Source: Planctomycetota bacterium (GTDB lineage: Bacteria > Planctomycetota > PLA2 > JAEUHO01). From it: DNA of 64,000 nt. The first letter of the stretch is position 1. Every line of letters begins with the position of its first letter. The DNA lies in contig CBDCTJ010000007.1 of NCBI GenBank assembly GCA_965222115.1, positions 1,728,001-1,792,000 on the forward strand, in the 5' to 3' direction. The translations under genes were made by a program, and so were the position numbers. This document shows positions 29,310 through 40,100 of this stretch, one piece after another. Below the pieces are notes generated by a model, which was given only the letters and a program-made list of their open reading frames with translations, was not told where the DNA came from and ran no database searches.

Positions 29310-32299
29310 TGGGTGTTCGCTTGCTGGTTTGGGGTTGCTTGGTGGCGCTGGTCGTGGGGACGCTCTATGTTTCGTTGCGATCGAGCCATGAGCGGGGAAC
29401 GAGAGTGCCGGAGCAGCGCACCAGCGACGAAGCGCCTGGTCTTGCTCCGCCCCTGAACGAGGCTATTGACGGTTCTCGGAAGAGTAAGCGGGACGGGGCG
29501 TCAATCAGCGCGGTCGTGGTGCATGGGTCGGTCGTTGATGCCAAGACTGGCGCGCCCGTTGAAGGTGCGGCAATCACGTTTGCTCGTATTGCTACATCAA
29601 TTCGTGGCAGCATTCGGTTGGTGCCGCTCAAGGTGCGCTTGCGAACCGACGCGAAGGGGACCTTTGTATGCCGCTCGCTCTCGCCGGGTAGGTGGGCTTG
29701 TGTTGTGTGGCATTCCGACTATCTCGCCCCGGGACTCTCCGCCTGGCTCGACGGCAACAGCATTGCGGCGGCACTGACGAGCGCGACTGTCAAGATCGAA
29801 CCCGATGCGACTGGCGAGGTTCATAAGACAATCAGGTTGAGTAGGGGAACTACGTACAGCGGGAGAGTGGTTGACGAAGTCAACAACCCTGTAGCGGGAG
29901 TACCCCTCGAAATCTCATTGCCGCCCGCGTTTATAATGCGACTCGGTTCACGCGCTGCGTCGCGGCTGCAAGAGATGATGTCGTTGGTTCCAATTCGAAC
30001 GAATGCCGAAGGTAGATTCTCAATGGCCTGTATTCCGTCGGCACTCAAGCGTGCGCGCATCGCCGCAAGCGTGGATGGCAGCGCCTGCAAGTACGTGGTA
30101 CTCGATGCTTCAGCTCCCATTGTGCTTCGTGCGTTGCCGTGCGCCGCAGTTTCTGGTACGGCAACATTCGCCGATGGACGTCCTGCTGTGGGTGCTATCG
30201 TTCGCATCAACGATTTTGGCGGATCGCCCTTGGGGAATTGGCTCTATGCACCGCCTGAAGACGCGCTTGTCAATGCGGAAGGCGAGTTTGAACTCAAAGG
30301 TATTCCACCTGCTTCCTGCTTCGTGCGGGCCGATTGGGACATTGACTCGCCCGACTACGATGCCACGGCGACGGAAGTCGCAGATCTCCAACCTTCCGAA
30401 GTCAGGACCGATGTACGCGTGATCGCGGATCCTCGACCCAGGACGGCGATGATCACCGTAAACGGTACCGACGGAGAGCCAGCGCCGAATGTGACGCTCG
30501 CGATTCGTCCGGTTGATATGCGTACGGCGGACATCGACGACTTGGATTGGTACAACACCGACGCTGACGGTGATGTCGAGTTTACGTTTGCCAAAGACGG
30601 GCGCGTCGACATCTTGCAGTACGCCCACGGCGAACTTCATGTGCTGCAGAAAGATGTTGACGTCACGGACGAGCCGATTGTGCTAACGAGCGCCGTAGAG
30701 CCGAAGCGGATTGAAATCCGTGTGCAATCCACGTCTGGAGAACCTGCACGGCGATTTGTGGTGAAAGTACGAGGGAGGGAAACTCTGTCGGCCCTCAGTC
30801 TTGCGCGATTTCGGGCAGAGAGCTCAAGCATTCGCGTTGAGACCTATGACACGGCTCCCTACATCATTTGGGTGAGCTGGGCGGAGACCGGTGAAACCCG
30901 TCCAGTACGTCTAGAGGGTAAGCGAGTAGAGATTTCGGAGGCCGAATCGCAGTCTCCAGTCGAGTTTCGGCTGGCTCCTAAACCGGTCGAAGTCTCTGGG
31001 GAGAATCACACATGCCTCTTTGTTGACGCCTCGGGAAAGCGCGTTGAGGGCGTGCGCCTGTGGAAACTAACTATGAAGGGACAGCTCGATCAGACTCGTG
31101 TACTTCGCACCGAAGTCACGCCGCGATCTGATGGCCATTTCGAGATGCCGTCACTCGATGAAGACGAGGATCATGCGGGATACGCAGTGGAAGTGCCTGC
31201 GGGATACGCCCCGGTTGTCGGTGGGGGTCGCCTACCTACGCGAGTAGAACTAATTGAAGCTGAGCGCATTGCAGGGAGGGTCATTGTTCCGCCGGGTATT
31301 GAGCTTCCGCCTGACTTTTCGCTGTACGTGTCCTGGGCTCACGAGTCAGAAGATCCGGACGAAATGGCGAGTGGAATGCCTGTCCCGATTCAATCGGATC
31401 ACTCCTTTGACGTGCATCACGTGCCGCCGGATCGCGAGCTTACGCTGAGATTGTTTGGAAAGAATGGCAGCAAGGTTGGACTGCAGTCGTTTCGTCTTGA
31501 CGGCATTCATGCCGGGACCACGAACCTGCAAGTACGGCTTGAAGCGGGTGGGATTATCCGAGGGAGCATAGAATTCGATGGCGAATCCGTTGACTACATG
31601 TTGGCCGCCACGCCACTTCAGAATGACTTGCCACCCACGTTTGTTCGGAGGAGTCGAAGCGTTCCAACATTTGAGTTGAAAGGACTGGGAGACGGACCTT
31701 ATGAGGTCACCGTATACGCGGTAGGCCCCTGGATCTCGGTTCTAGATCGCAAGGTAGCTGGACCAGGCGACGAGATTGTATTTCGCGTCGGCCCCCTAGG
31801 GGCCGTACGAATCGATGCTGGTGACGTGGAGCACGCTAGTATCACCGCTTGGAAGGCACGATCCCTGCTTCGAGTTAGCGGTCCGATCTACGTGAAGGGC
31901 ATCGATGCCACTGGCCCGATTGTCTCGAATCTTTCGCTCGCGCGTCGCTACGACATCGTTGCGGAAGATGGAGATCGTGTTGCCTATCATCCTGACGTGC
32001 TTCCGGGCGAGTCCATTTCGTTGGCCTTTCAGGAGAGTGTCGAGCTGTCCGGCCACATAAGGGGAGAAACGAAGTACAAGGAAGACCTGCTGCTAGTTGC
32101 GACACCCCGTGGTCCCAAGTTTCGCATTTATGCCGGTGTCGGGCCCATCACCCCGTTTGACCAACAAGTACTGGACGGCACTTACGACGCCGTGGTGTGG
32201 TCTCGTGACGGCACGAGTCGCGTCGTTGCTCGCGGCTTAAAGCCCGGGCAAGCCGGCATCGTCATCTCGCTCGACGAAGAAGCGGGCAAGGACAAGTAG
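29309..32299 (+). CDS. Carboxypeptidase-regulatory-like (transthyretin-fold) repeat protein, N-terminally anchored
   Basis: Repeated G.VVD..G.PV.GA.V...TDA.G.F motifs and an N-terminal hydrophobic helix. Confidence 0.8.
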   Translation: MGVRLLVWGCLVALVVGTLYVSLRSSHERGTRVPEQRTSDEAPGLAPPLNEAIDGSRKSKRDGASISAVVVHGSVVDAKTGAPVEGAAITFARIATSIRGSIRLVPLKVRLRTDAKGTFVCRSLSPGRWACVVWHSDYLAPGLSAWLDGNSIAAALTSATVKIEPDATGEVHKTIRLSRGTTYSGRVVDEVNNPVAGVPLEISLPPAFIMRLGSRAASRLQEMMSLVPIRTNAEGRFSMACIPSALKRARIAASVDGSACKYVVLDASAPIVLRALPCAAVSGTATFADGRPAVGAIVRINDFGGSPLGNWLYAPPEDALVNAEGEFELKGIPPASCFVRADWDIDSPDYDATATEVADLQPSEVRTDVRVIADPRPRTAMITVNGTDGEPAPNVTLAIRPVDMRTADIDDLDWYNTDADGDVEFTFAKDGRVDILQYAHGELHVLQKDVDVTDEPIVLTSAVEPKRIEIRVQSTSGEPARRFVVKVRGRETLSALSLARFRAESSSIRVETYDTAPYIIWVSWAETGETRPVRLEGKRVEISEAESQSPVEFRLAPKPVEVSGENHTCLFVDASGKRVEGVRLWKLTMKGQLDQTRVLRTEVTPRSDGHFEMPSLDEDEDHAGYAVEVPAGYAPVVGGGRLPTRVELIEAERIAGRVIVPPGIELPPDFSLYVSWAHESEDPDEMASGMPVPIQSDHSFDVHHVPPDRELTLRLFGKNGSKVGLQSFRLDGIHAGTTNLQVRLEAGGIIRGSIEFDGESVDYMLAATPLQNDLPPTFVRRSRSVPTFELKGLGDGPYEVTVYAVGPWISVLDRKVAGPGDEIVFRVGPLGAVRIDAGDVEHASITAWKARSLLRVSGPIYVKGIDATGPIVSNLSLARRYDIVAEDGDRVAYHPDVLPGESISLAFQESVELSGHIRGETKYKEDLLLVATPRGPKFRIYAGVGPITPFDQQVLDGTYDAVVWSRDGTSRVVARGLKPGQAGIVISLDEEAGKDK

Positions 32300-32337
32300 G
32301 TGGCGATTGTCCTGGCCGAAGCTGGTACATTTTGCCC

Positions 32338-33498
32338 GTGAAAGTACCAGCCCTTCCCATTGCCGTAATTGCGATTGCCATCGTGATGTTTCTTGCACCC
32401 TTCGGTGGGGGTGAGGCGGCAGCTAAGGAGATGGACGGAGACGTAAGACGAATCACGGAAGAGATTCTGCTTGCAGGTGATTCGGTGCCCCTGAAGAAGC
32501 GGATGCGGGCGCTCAGGATGTTGCGTACTGTTGAGGGGCCCATCGGTCGATTGCGTTTGGCGTTGGCGAAAACGCTCGACGATCCGAATCCCGAACTGCG
32601 GCGGGCGGTGCTTGAACTCGTGCGTGCACGGCGTGGTCACGGCATGGCGTCGTTTGTGTTGCGGGGCTTGGAGCGCGAGACGTCGGTCGAACTGATTCCC
32701 TCTTACTTGCTTGCATTCGGAGCAACGGCGAACGCGTCGCGGGCCTCGTCCATCACGTCGTACGTGACGCATTCGGTGCCCGCGGTGCGTGCAGCTGCCC
32801 TGACGGCGCTCGCAGACATGGGCGCGGAAGATGCGCGTCGGCTTGCTTTGCACGTGCTTCGTGATCCGCGGGATCCCGATCCAGGTTGGGTGTTGCGAAG
32901 CAGCGCATTGCTCGCACTCGCCAAGTGTGGCGACCCCGAAGACCTTCTGCGCATTCAGTCGATCGTAAGGGCGCGCTCTGGATCCAAGCATTGGTTGGCG
33001 CGCAGCGCTATGGTCAATGTGATTGCCGCGCTCCATGCACAACCCGCGCGCGAACTTCTGCCTTATGCCCACGACGGCGATCACCGCGTTGCACTCACTG
33101 CCATGCGCGCGCTCATGCGTGCTGGCGGATTGCCCGCGCTTCGACCCTTGCTGAAACACGGCGTCGCTACGACACGCGCGGCGGCGGTTCGGGCCGTGAT
33201 TCCCACTCGCGATGGCGAGTTCCTGGCCCAAGTCAAGCGCATGGCCAAACGCGATCCGTCCCGGGTTGTGCGTTGGACTGCCGCGACGTCTCTCTTTCGC
33301 GCGCGCGAACGCGAGGCCGATGAACTTGTAATTGACGGGCTGCGTTCGGAGGAGCCGGCCATTTGGTCAGAAGCACTTTCGTTGCTCATGTCGCGCACGG
33401 GCGAGTCTCATGGGCGCGATGCGAAGGCGTGGAAAAGAGTGCTGGCAGCCAGACGCGCGGCTTCGAGTCAGCCTACACGTGTTCGCAATGAACGATAG
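32338..33498 (+). CDS. Exported HEAT-repeat protein
   Basis: Signal peptide (…GGEAAA-KE), repeats such as LDDPNPELRRAVL and VPAVRAAALTALA, C-terminal TGE.HG.D..AW. Start GTG 32338 (TTG 32332 is an alternative). Confidence 0.8.
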   Translation: MKVPALPIAVIAIAIVMFLAPFGGGEAAAKEMDGDVRRITEEILLAGDSVPLKKRMRALRMLRTVEGPIGRLRLALAKTLDDPNPELRRAVLELVRARRGHGMASFVLRGLERETSVELIPSYLLAFGATANASRASSITSYVTHSVPAVRAAALTALADMGAEDARRLALHVLRDPRDPDPGWVLRSSALLALAKCGDPEDLLRIQSIVRARSGSKHWLARSAMVNVIAALHAQPARELLPYAHDGDHRVALTAMRALMRAGGLPALRPLLKHGVATTRAAAVRAVIPTRDGEFLAQVKRMAKRDPSRVVRWTAATSLFRAREREADELVIDGLRSEEPAIWSEALSLLMSRTGESHGRDAKAWKRVLAARRAASSQPTRVRNER

Positions 33499-34378
33499 CG
33501 AGTCGACCTTCCCGCGGACGACCAACGCGCTGCGCACGGCGCTTGAGCAAGCGGGCATTCGCGTAAAGAAACGCCACGGGCAGTGTTTTCTGACCGACGC
33601 ACAGGCTGTGGACGCCATCGTTCGTGACGCGAAGGTCGAACCCAGCGATCTCATTGTTGAAGTAGGGACGGGTCCCGGTCTCTTGACCGACGTACTGGCG
33701 TCAACCGGCGCAACCGTTCATACGTTTGAAATCGATGACGAAGTGCAAGCGTTTGCGACGAGCGCGCGTGAGTGGCCAGACTCGGTTCATTTTCATCTCG
33801 GTGACGTGCTTGCGTCAAAGCACAGGTTGTCTCCGAAACTTCTTGAGGTTCTCGAGCTTCAACACGGCGGGCGAACGCGCATGATTGCCAACCTGCCCTA
33901 TGCCATTGCCACGCCGTTGATTCAGTGCTTGCTTTCGCTGCCGCGACCGCCGGCAGATTTGCACGTGATGATCCAACGCGAAGTCGCGGAGAAGATGCTC
34001 GCGCATGTGGGCGCCGACAACTACGGCGCGCCGAGCGTAGGCGTGCAACTGCGCGCGGAGGGCCGTATCCTGCGTCGCTTCGGTCCCGAAGTGTTTTGGC
34101 CGCCACCGAAGATTCGTTCGGTCATTCTTCATCTTGTACCCCGTCAAGACATGCCGCTTAAAACAGAAGAGCAGCTTCCATTTCTACGATTTGTGACGCG
34201 GCTATTTACAAGGCGCCGCAAGTTGCTGCCCTCCGGAGTCTCGTACGCAGCTGAGATCGAGCGAGCAATCGTACGCGACCGGTTGATCGAACTCGATCCA
34301 ACGCTCGCCACCCTCCGGCCACAGGATCTCTCACCAGCCCAAGCGCTTGCGGTTTGGCGCACGCTGAGCCGGAGGTAG
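33488..34378 (+). CDS. rsmA: 16S rRNA adenine dimethyltransferase (KsgA)
   Basis: KKRHGQCFL, VEVGTGPGLLT, FEID, ANLPYAIATP, MIQREVA, FWPPPKI.S. Confidence 0.93.
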   Translation: MNDSESTFPRTTNALRTALEQAGIRVKKRHGQCFLTDAQAVDAIVRDAKVEPSDLIVEVGTGPGLLTDVLASTGATVHTFEIDDEVQAFATSAREWPDSVHFHLGDVLASKHRLSPKLLEVLELQHGGRTRMIANLPYAIATPLIQCLLSLPRPPADLHVMIQREVAEKMLAHVGADNYGAPSVGVQLRAEGRILRRFGPEVFWPPPKIRSVILHLVPRQDMPLKTEEQLPFLRFVTRLFTRRRKLLPSGVSYAAEIERAIVRDRLIELDPTLATLRPQDLSPAQALAVWRTLSRR

Positions 34379-34497
34379 GCCGGGTCCGAAGAAAACCTGT
34401 AACGCGCGCCAACGAATCAGGCTCCTGTGGTTGGATAGATAGGGCCAGCCATAGGGAGACCCCATGTCTCGAGAGTCGCAAACTTTGCGGAGTCGGC

Positions 34498-36582
34498 GTG
34501 AATACAACTAGCGCGGACGACCGCGATCGACTTGTCGATGAGCATCTGCACCGTGCCGGCCAGGCGCTGCGACGAGGGCGTTCTGTCGACTTGGCGAGCA
34601 TTCAAGCGGAACTCGGTGATGCCTACGCGAAGTTCCAGTCGTTGATTTCGTCACAACTCTTGCTGCACGGCACGGATGCGTCCGATGCACTGGCGATGCA
34701 GCACGAGACCATCGATGCCTATCGCATCGTGGGCGAGCTGGGTAGCGGCACCACCGCGGTTGTTCACGACGCTGTCGATCCAAGCGGCGTGCCCGTTGCG
34801 ATTAAGATGTTGCGACCCGCATGGGCAGCACATAAGGAGACGCGCGCTAACTTTGTTCGTGAAGCCAAACTACTCGCTCGTTCTAAACATCCCAATCTCG
34901 TAGCATTGCAGCGTGTCGGCGAGTGCGCCGGTCGTCCCTACCTCGTGCTCGATCGCGTTCGCGGTCAGTCGCTTTCGCACGTAGCGATGCCGAAGGACGC
35001 GTCTGAGTTTTCGAAGTTTTGTATGTCCGCTGCGAAATTGGTTCGTGGCGTGGCCCATATGCACGCGCAGGGCGTGGTCCATCGCGACATCAAACCGAGT
35101 AACATCCTGGTGGACGAACACGGGGGCTGGATCCTGGCAGATCTTGGTATTGCCTATGATGCCACAACGCCGGTAACCCCATCGCTCGCGGGGACCGGCA
35201 CGCCCGGCTATCAGAGTCCGCAACAACTCCTGACGCCCACAGCGCCACCCGTGCCAAGCGACGACGTGTACGCGCTCGGCCGAACGCTACTTGCCGTGCT
35301 CACGCCCAATCGTACGCAAACGGGCCAGGACTTCGCAACGCGCAAGGGATTGGGCGTTACGGCTGCACACGCGCTTTCGAGCATCGTGCCTGCACCATTG
35401 AAGCGCATTCTTGCCCGTGCGACCCGAACACGGCCCGAGGATCGCTACACAACCGCAGATGCTTTGGCTGCGGATCTTGAGCGAACAGCACGAGCACTTG
35501 CCGGTCCGCGTGCATCTTCGGGCTTCACGACCATGCGCGTGGGACGGACGATGCCATGGAAAGCGATCGGCGTCGCGGCCGCACTCGTAGTAGCCGCAAT
35601 CGGCGGCGCGCTGTTTGCATTGAAGCCGGGCGACACCCGACTAACAATTCGATCGGTCCCGGGCGCCGTGGCGTCTGTTGATCTAGGGCCTGAGCAAGTA
35701 CTTCCACACACGTTCTCACTTGGCGCCGGGTCCAGGGACGTGCGTGTGACCGCGCCGCGCTTTCGGGATCGCGAACTTGCGATCAACGTCGAAGCCGGCA
35801 GTCGCCATGTCGTCGAGTTGGTGCTTGTTCCGAAGGACTCAAGAGACACACAGGCCATGCTCGATGCGTTGCGTGTGCTTGGCTTGCCAACGAATGAGTT
35901 GATTCACGTGGCAAAGACCGTGCCCACGACGCGAAGCAGCGACTCAAGGCGCGCCGCAGTGTTGTTCTATCCACGAGGTCCCCTTGCATCGAGCGCGCTG
36001 GATCGGGCCGAATTTGAGTGGCTTGGCCCGCTGCCGAAACGCGCAACCATTCACTGGCGAACCAGTTCAAAAGCCGAAGCAACTCCGCTCACCACCATCA
36101 CGCGATCCATGTCGATACCGATTCCGGCAGCGGTATCCGAGCTACTGACTGCGGGCACGCGTTTGACGTGGTCCGTTTCGGTAGACGAAGTTGAGCTCGC
36201 GCGCGCTCAGTGTGAGGTCGCTGCATTGTCACCGACTCGGCCCACGCGCGTGTCTGAGGGTGCAGAAACGCCCTTTGATCGTGTCCGGGATGTGCTTCGC
36301 CTTCGTCGAGAGGGACGCCTAACCGCTGCGCTTCGCCGCACGTTTGGTGTGCCTGAGTCTGTGCGATCGCCGCTGCTACTGCGTGCTCGCATGCTTGTAC
36401 TACGAGACCTTTGTTCGGGCGTCGAGGGACTCGCATCCACCGAGCTGTGGCGCGCCAGTTACTATGTATCCCGCGACGTCGAACGTTCGATGTCGCCTGC
36501 GGATGCCGATGACTCAGCTAACGCCCAACCCCGCCGATCCCTCCCCAATCGAAGCCCTGATGAAGCGGGCGAGCAGCGGTGA
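34498..36582 (+). CDS. Membrane Ser/Thr kinase with an extracytoplasmic PEGA-like region
   Basis: LGSGTTAVV, VAIK, HRDIKPSN, DLG, GTPGYQSPQQ, DVYALG. TM helix WKAIGVAAALVVAAIGGALFAL, then LTIRSVPGAVASVD. Start GTG 34498 is inferred. Confidence 0.85.
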   Translation: MNTTSADDRDRLVDEHLHRAGQALRRGRSVDLASIQAELGDAYAKFQSLISSQLLLHGTDASDALAMQHETIDAYRIVGELGSGTTAVVHDAVDPSGVPVAIKMLRPAWAAHKETRANFVREAKLLARSKHPNLVALQRVGECAGRPYLVLDRVRGQSLSHVAMPKDASEFSKFCMSAAKLVRGVAHMHAQGVVHRDIKPSNILVDEHGGWILADLGIAYDATTPVTPSLAGTGTPGYQSPQQLLTPTAPPVPSDDVYALGRTLLAVLTPNRTQTGQDFATRKGLGVTAAHALSSIVPAPLKRILARATRTRPEDRYTTADALAADLERTARALAGPRASSGFTTMRVGRTMPWKAIGVAAALVVAAIGGALFALKPGDTRLTIRSVPGAVASVDLGPEQVLPHTFSLGAGSRDVRVTAPRFRDRELAINVEAGSRHVVELVLVPKDSRDTQAMLDALRVLGLPTNELIHVAKTVPTTRSSDSRRAAVLFYPRGPLASSALDRAEFEWLGPLPKRATIHWRTSSKAEATPLTTITRSMSIPIPAAVSELLTAGTRLTWSVSVDEVELARAQCEVAALSPTRPTRVSEGAETPFDRVRDVLRLRREGRLTAALRRTFGVPESVRSPLLLRARMLVLRDLCSGVEGLASTELWRASYYVSRDVERSMSPADADDSANAQPRRSLPNRSPDEAGEQR

Positions 36583-37123
36583 TGAAGCGGCGGTCGCGGC
36601 TGTGTTTGAATTGGTGCGGCCTCGCATTGAGTTTGCGGTCGTGGCCAAAATGGGTCGTCGCTTGGCGGCGCGCATTGACGTGGAAGACGTACTTCAAGAA
36701 ACGTTCTCTGCCGCTACGCAGAGTCTGGCCAACTTTGAAGTGCGCGATGAGCCCTCATGTTGGGCGTGGTGGCGCACGCTTGCACTCAATCAAATCCGAA
36801 AGGCCGCTGCCCATTGGAGCGCAAAACGCCGCGATCAAGAACGTGTTGCGGCGCTTACGCGCTCGCTTACGGCCGCGGGTACCACGCCCAGTCAAGCCTT
36901 TGGCCGCCGCGAAGAACATGAACGCGCATTGTTGGCCATGCGATCGCTTTCCGATGACGAGCGCGAGATTCTCTGGCTTACCGTGGTGGAAGAACTTAGT
37001 CCCACCGAAGCGGCCGAACTCATCGACATTTCGCCACAAAATGCGCGAGTTCGAAAGCACCGCGCGCTCGAGTCCCTGCGCACCGCATTTGCTACACTGG
37101 GGGGATGGGAAGACGCCGCCTAA
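36503..37123 (+). CDS. ECF RNA polymerase sigma factor, planctomycete TPSQ type (TIGR02984-like)
   Basis: LAARIDVEDVLQET, HWSAKRRD, GTTPSQAFGRRE, LSDDEREILWL, EAAELIDISPQNARVRKHRALESLR. Overlaps the kinase 3' end by about 80 nt. Confidence 0.88.
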   Translation: MPMTQLTPNPADPSPIEALMKRASSGDEAAVAAVFELVRPRIEFAVVAKMGRRLAARIDVEDVLQETFSAATQSLANFEVRDEPSCWAWWRTLALNQIRKAAAHWSAKRRDQERVAALTRSLTAAGTTPSQAFGRREEHERALLAMRSLSDDEREILWLTVVEELSPTEAAELIDISPQNARVRKHRALESLRTAFATLGGWEDAA

Positions 37124-37180
37124 CTGGCGGGACCACGCGCGCTTGATGACGCGGCCGCTCCGTCTTGTTGGAGCACGATC

Positions 37181-40100
37181 ATGTCTGTGATTCGCAGTTT
37201 CCGAGTCGCACTGTATGCGGTGACGCCCATTGCCTTGATTGCAATCTTCGTATGTGCCCCTGCGGCTGCGAAGGAGACCCCGGCCAACGACTCGCCAGGT
37301 GTGGTGGCGAAGCGACTCCGCGCCGCCCTTCATTCGGGTGACGACGACGTGCTGACTGAGATCGCAAAGAACCCAGATAACGATCCCTGGCGTCTCATAA
37401 GTGAAGTGGCCCTTTTATCGCTGGATGACGCGGAGGCATTTGCCAACGTAGTTAAAGTGCATCGCACCAAAGAAGTAGACAAACTCGTCGACTACGTGAA
37501 GCGCCTCCGCCAAGACGATGCGCTGTCATCGGAGAAGCGGTCAAAGCGCCGTGCAACCCATCGCGCTGCCCAGGAAGCCTACAAACGGCGAGAGCTTGAG
37601 GAGGCACACAGGCTTCTCAAAGACGTAGAGTCGTGGCCGTTGGATGTCGAGTCGTTGGATGCGATCGAGCAACTCGCCTTCGTAGAGTTTCGAATGCGGA
37701 CGGGTCGATTTTATGAGTTGCTCGCCCGCGTGGCGACCGACGCCGAGTCGTTGGGCTGGCTTAGGCGTGCCGCCGCGACACATAAACGCCTCGCGAACTA
37801 CTACAGTATGGGAAAGCGTACTGCGATCACGATCGACTCGCTGAAGCGCGCGGGGGCGCTTTACGCATCGATTGGTGACGATGCGGCGTCGTGCAGGGCC
37901 CTCAGTCATGCAGCGGCCGTGTTGATCGGAGTAGGCCAGCAGGAGGAGGCCGGGAGCATACTTGCGTCGTCATTGCCCGCGGCGCGGCGCGTTGGCGACA
38001 AAACGGTGCTCGCTCGTCACCTGCTCGCGCTCGCGCGTATTCGCGTGCAAGCGGGTACGCTTGATCATGCGCTCGAGCTTTGCAACGAGGCATGGGATCT
38101 GTGCAAAGACTCGGACGACCATGTCGCAAAGTCGGCCATCCAGCAGCAGTTTGCTCTGTTGGCGGGTGAACGGGGGAATCGGGAATCGCTTTATACGCAC
38201 TATGCGAACGCGATTGCCTTCGCGGAACGAGCAGGGAACTCCGACATCCTTGCCGACATGCTCACCAAGACCGCCAACAATCACCTTGTCGATCATCGTC
38301 CGAAAGAGGCGTTGCCATTCTTGAGGCGCGCTCGTAGGGCGGCGCAGAAGGTTCGCAGCCCCGCGGTTCTTGTGCGCGTCAACGTATCTCTCGCCACCGT
38401 TCACGACGCGTTGGGCAACCGCGATGCATCACGGCGGGCTCTGCATGAAGCGAAGCGCGGTGTGGAGCGTTGTCCAGCCACATCGCAAGTGTGGTTCACT
38501 GCCACCATCGGTGCCATTCACCGTCGGCTGGGTCACTACGCCGAGGCAATCCACTTGTTGGAGAAGGCCGTCGACCTCGGCGATTCACTCAAACAGGATG
38601 TAGGCCATGTGTGGGTCGAGTTGGGGCACAGCCATGTAGCGTGTAGAAATCTCGACGCAGCGTTGCAGTGCTATTCTCAAGCGCAATCCAGCGCAACGCG
38701 CCAAGGGAACAAGGCCGTGCTGCGAGGTGCCACGCTTGGTCTGGGCAGCGTCGCGTTTATGCGTGACGACATGCCGGCAGCTGCGAAGGCGTTCCGGACT
38801 GTATTTCGTGACCCCAACGCAAAGCCGGGCATGGCCTATTCAGCCGGAAGTCTTCTTGCGCAGTGCATGGCACGCATGGGGAACGACAAGGTGGCGCTGG
38901 CGCTAGTGCAAGAGACCGAGCGCGCGTGGGCAAGCACCTCGCTTCCTCCCCACGTAAACGGAATTGACTTCACGCGAGGTCAGGTGGAGCGGTCGATCGG
39001 TGACCATGCGGCGGCACTTGCTTCCTTTCGCCGCGCCTACGAGGTCAATCGACGCATGGGCTACCTCCGTAGTCAATCCATGGCTGCCGGTGGCATCAGC
39101 GGCGCCCTATTCGCGTTGGGGAAAAAGAACGAGGCGTTGACGTGGGCGCGCCGCGCCGTAGACGTCGGCGATGCCATGACGGCGCCGTTGGCAAGCGTGG
39201 ATGCACACCGCGCGCGTGACACGTTTCGTCCGTTCTATGAGTTCGGCGTGTCTTCAGCCGCCGAGCTTGGGGATGTGAATTCCCTGCTTTATCTCGCGGA
39301 ACACGGTCGTGCGCGTGCAATTCGCGAGTCGTTGGCCGAACGGCAACACGTGGAGCGCGCCACGTTGGGGGTCGAAGAACAGCAGCGTCTCGATGAAGCG
39401 CGAAGACGTGTCACCGAGCTTCGTAAGAAACTGGAGCGTCAATCGGTTGACTCGACATCGGACGCGTCCAAGCGCCATGCCGCGGAGCTGATCAAGGCTC
39501 AAGAATCCTTGATCCGAATTACTGCGTCGCTAGAACGCAGCAGAGCATCTGCACACGGTGGCACGTGCCCGATTATCGACGATCCGGATGATGTGCAAGC
39601 TACGGTGCGATCGGATGAAGCGCTCGTCACGTTCGTCGAAGGGGCCGGCGAAACACTTGCGCTGGTGTTTACCGACAAGACCACGCGGATCGTTCGCGTG
39701 GGATCCACGAAAACGATCGAGCAACTTGTATCGCCCCTGCTGGAGAACCATGGCGGTGGGCTCCATGCAAAGTCCATAGCAACGTTGTCGAAGCGATTGG
39801 TGGAACCTCTTGAGCTAGGTGACAAGAAGACCGTCATTGTCTCACCGTCCGGTGCTTTGGCGTACGTGCCGATGGCATTGCTGATGCCGCGTCGGCATGT
39901 GGCGCATGTTCCGTCTGCCATGTCTCATGTCATGCTTCGAAGCGAGGTGCCCACGTCGGGAACGGGTGTGCTCGCACTCGGCGACGCGCGCTACAACGCG
40001 CCTTCGGCCGGTGACATGAAGTCGCTCGCGTGGCGTTCCGAACCATTGTCGCCGTTGCCCGCAAGTGGTGACGAAGCGCGTGCGGTGGGGGACACCGTGC

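Noticed and set aside
32182-33231. 349-aa - strand ORF
   Set aside because: Antisense to the HEAT-repeat gene, whose signal peptide and overlap with rsmA support the + strand.
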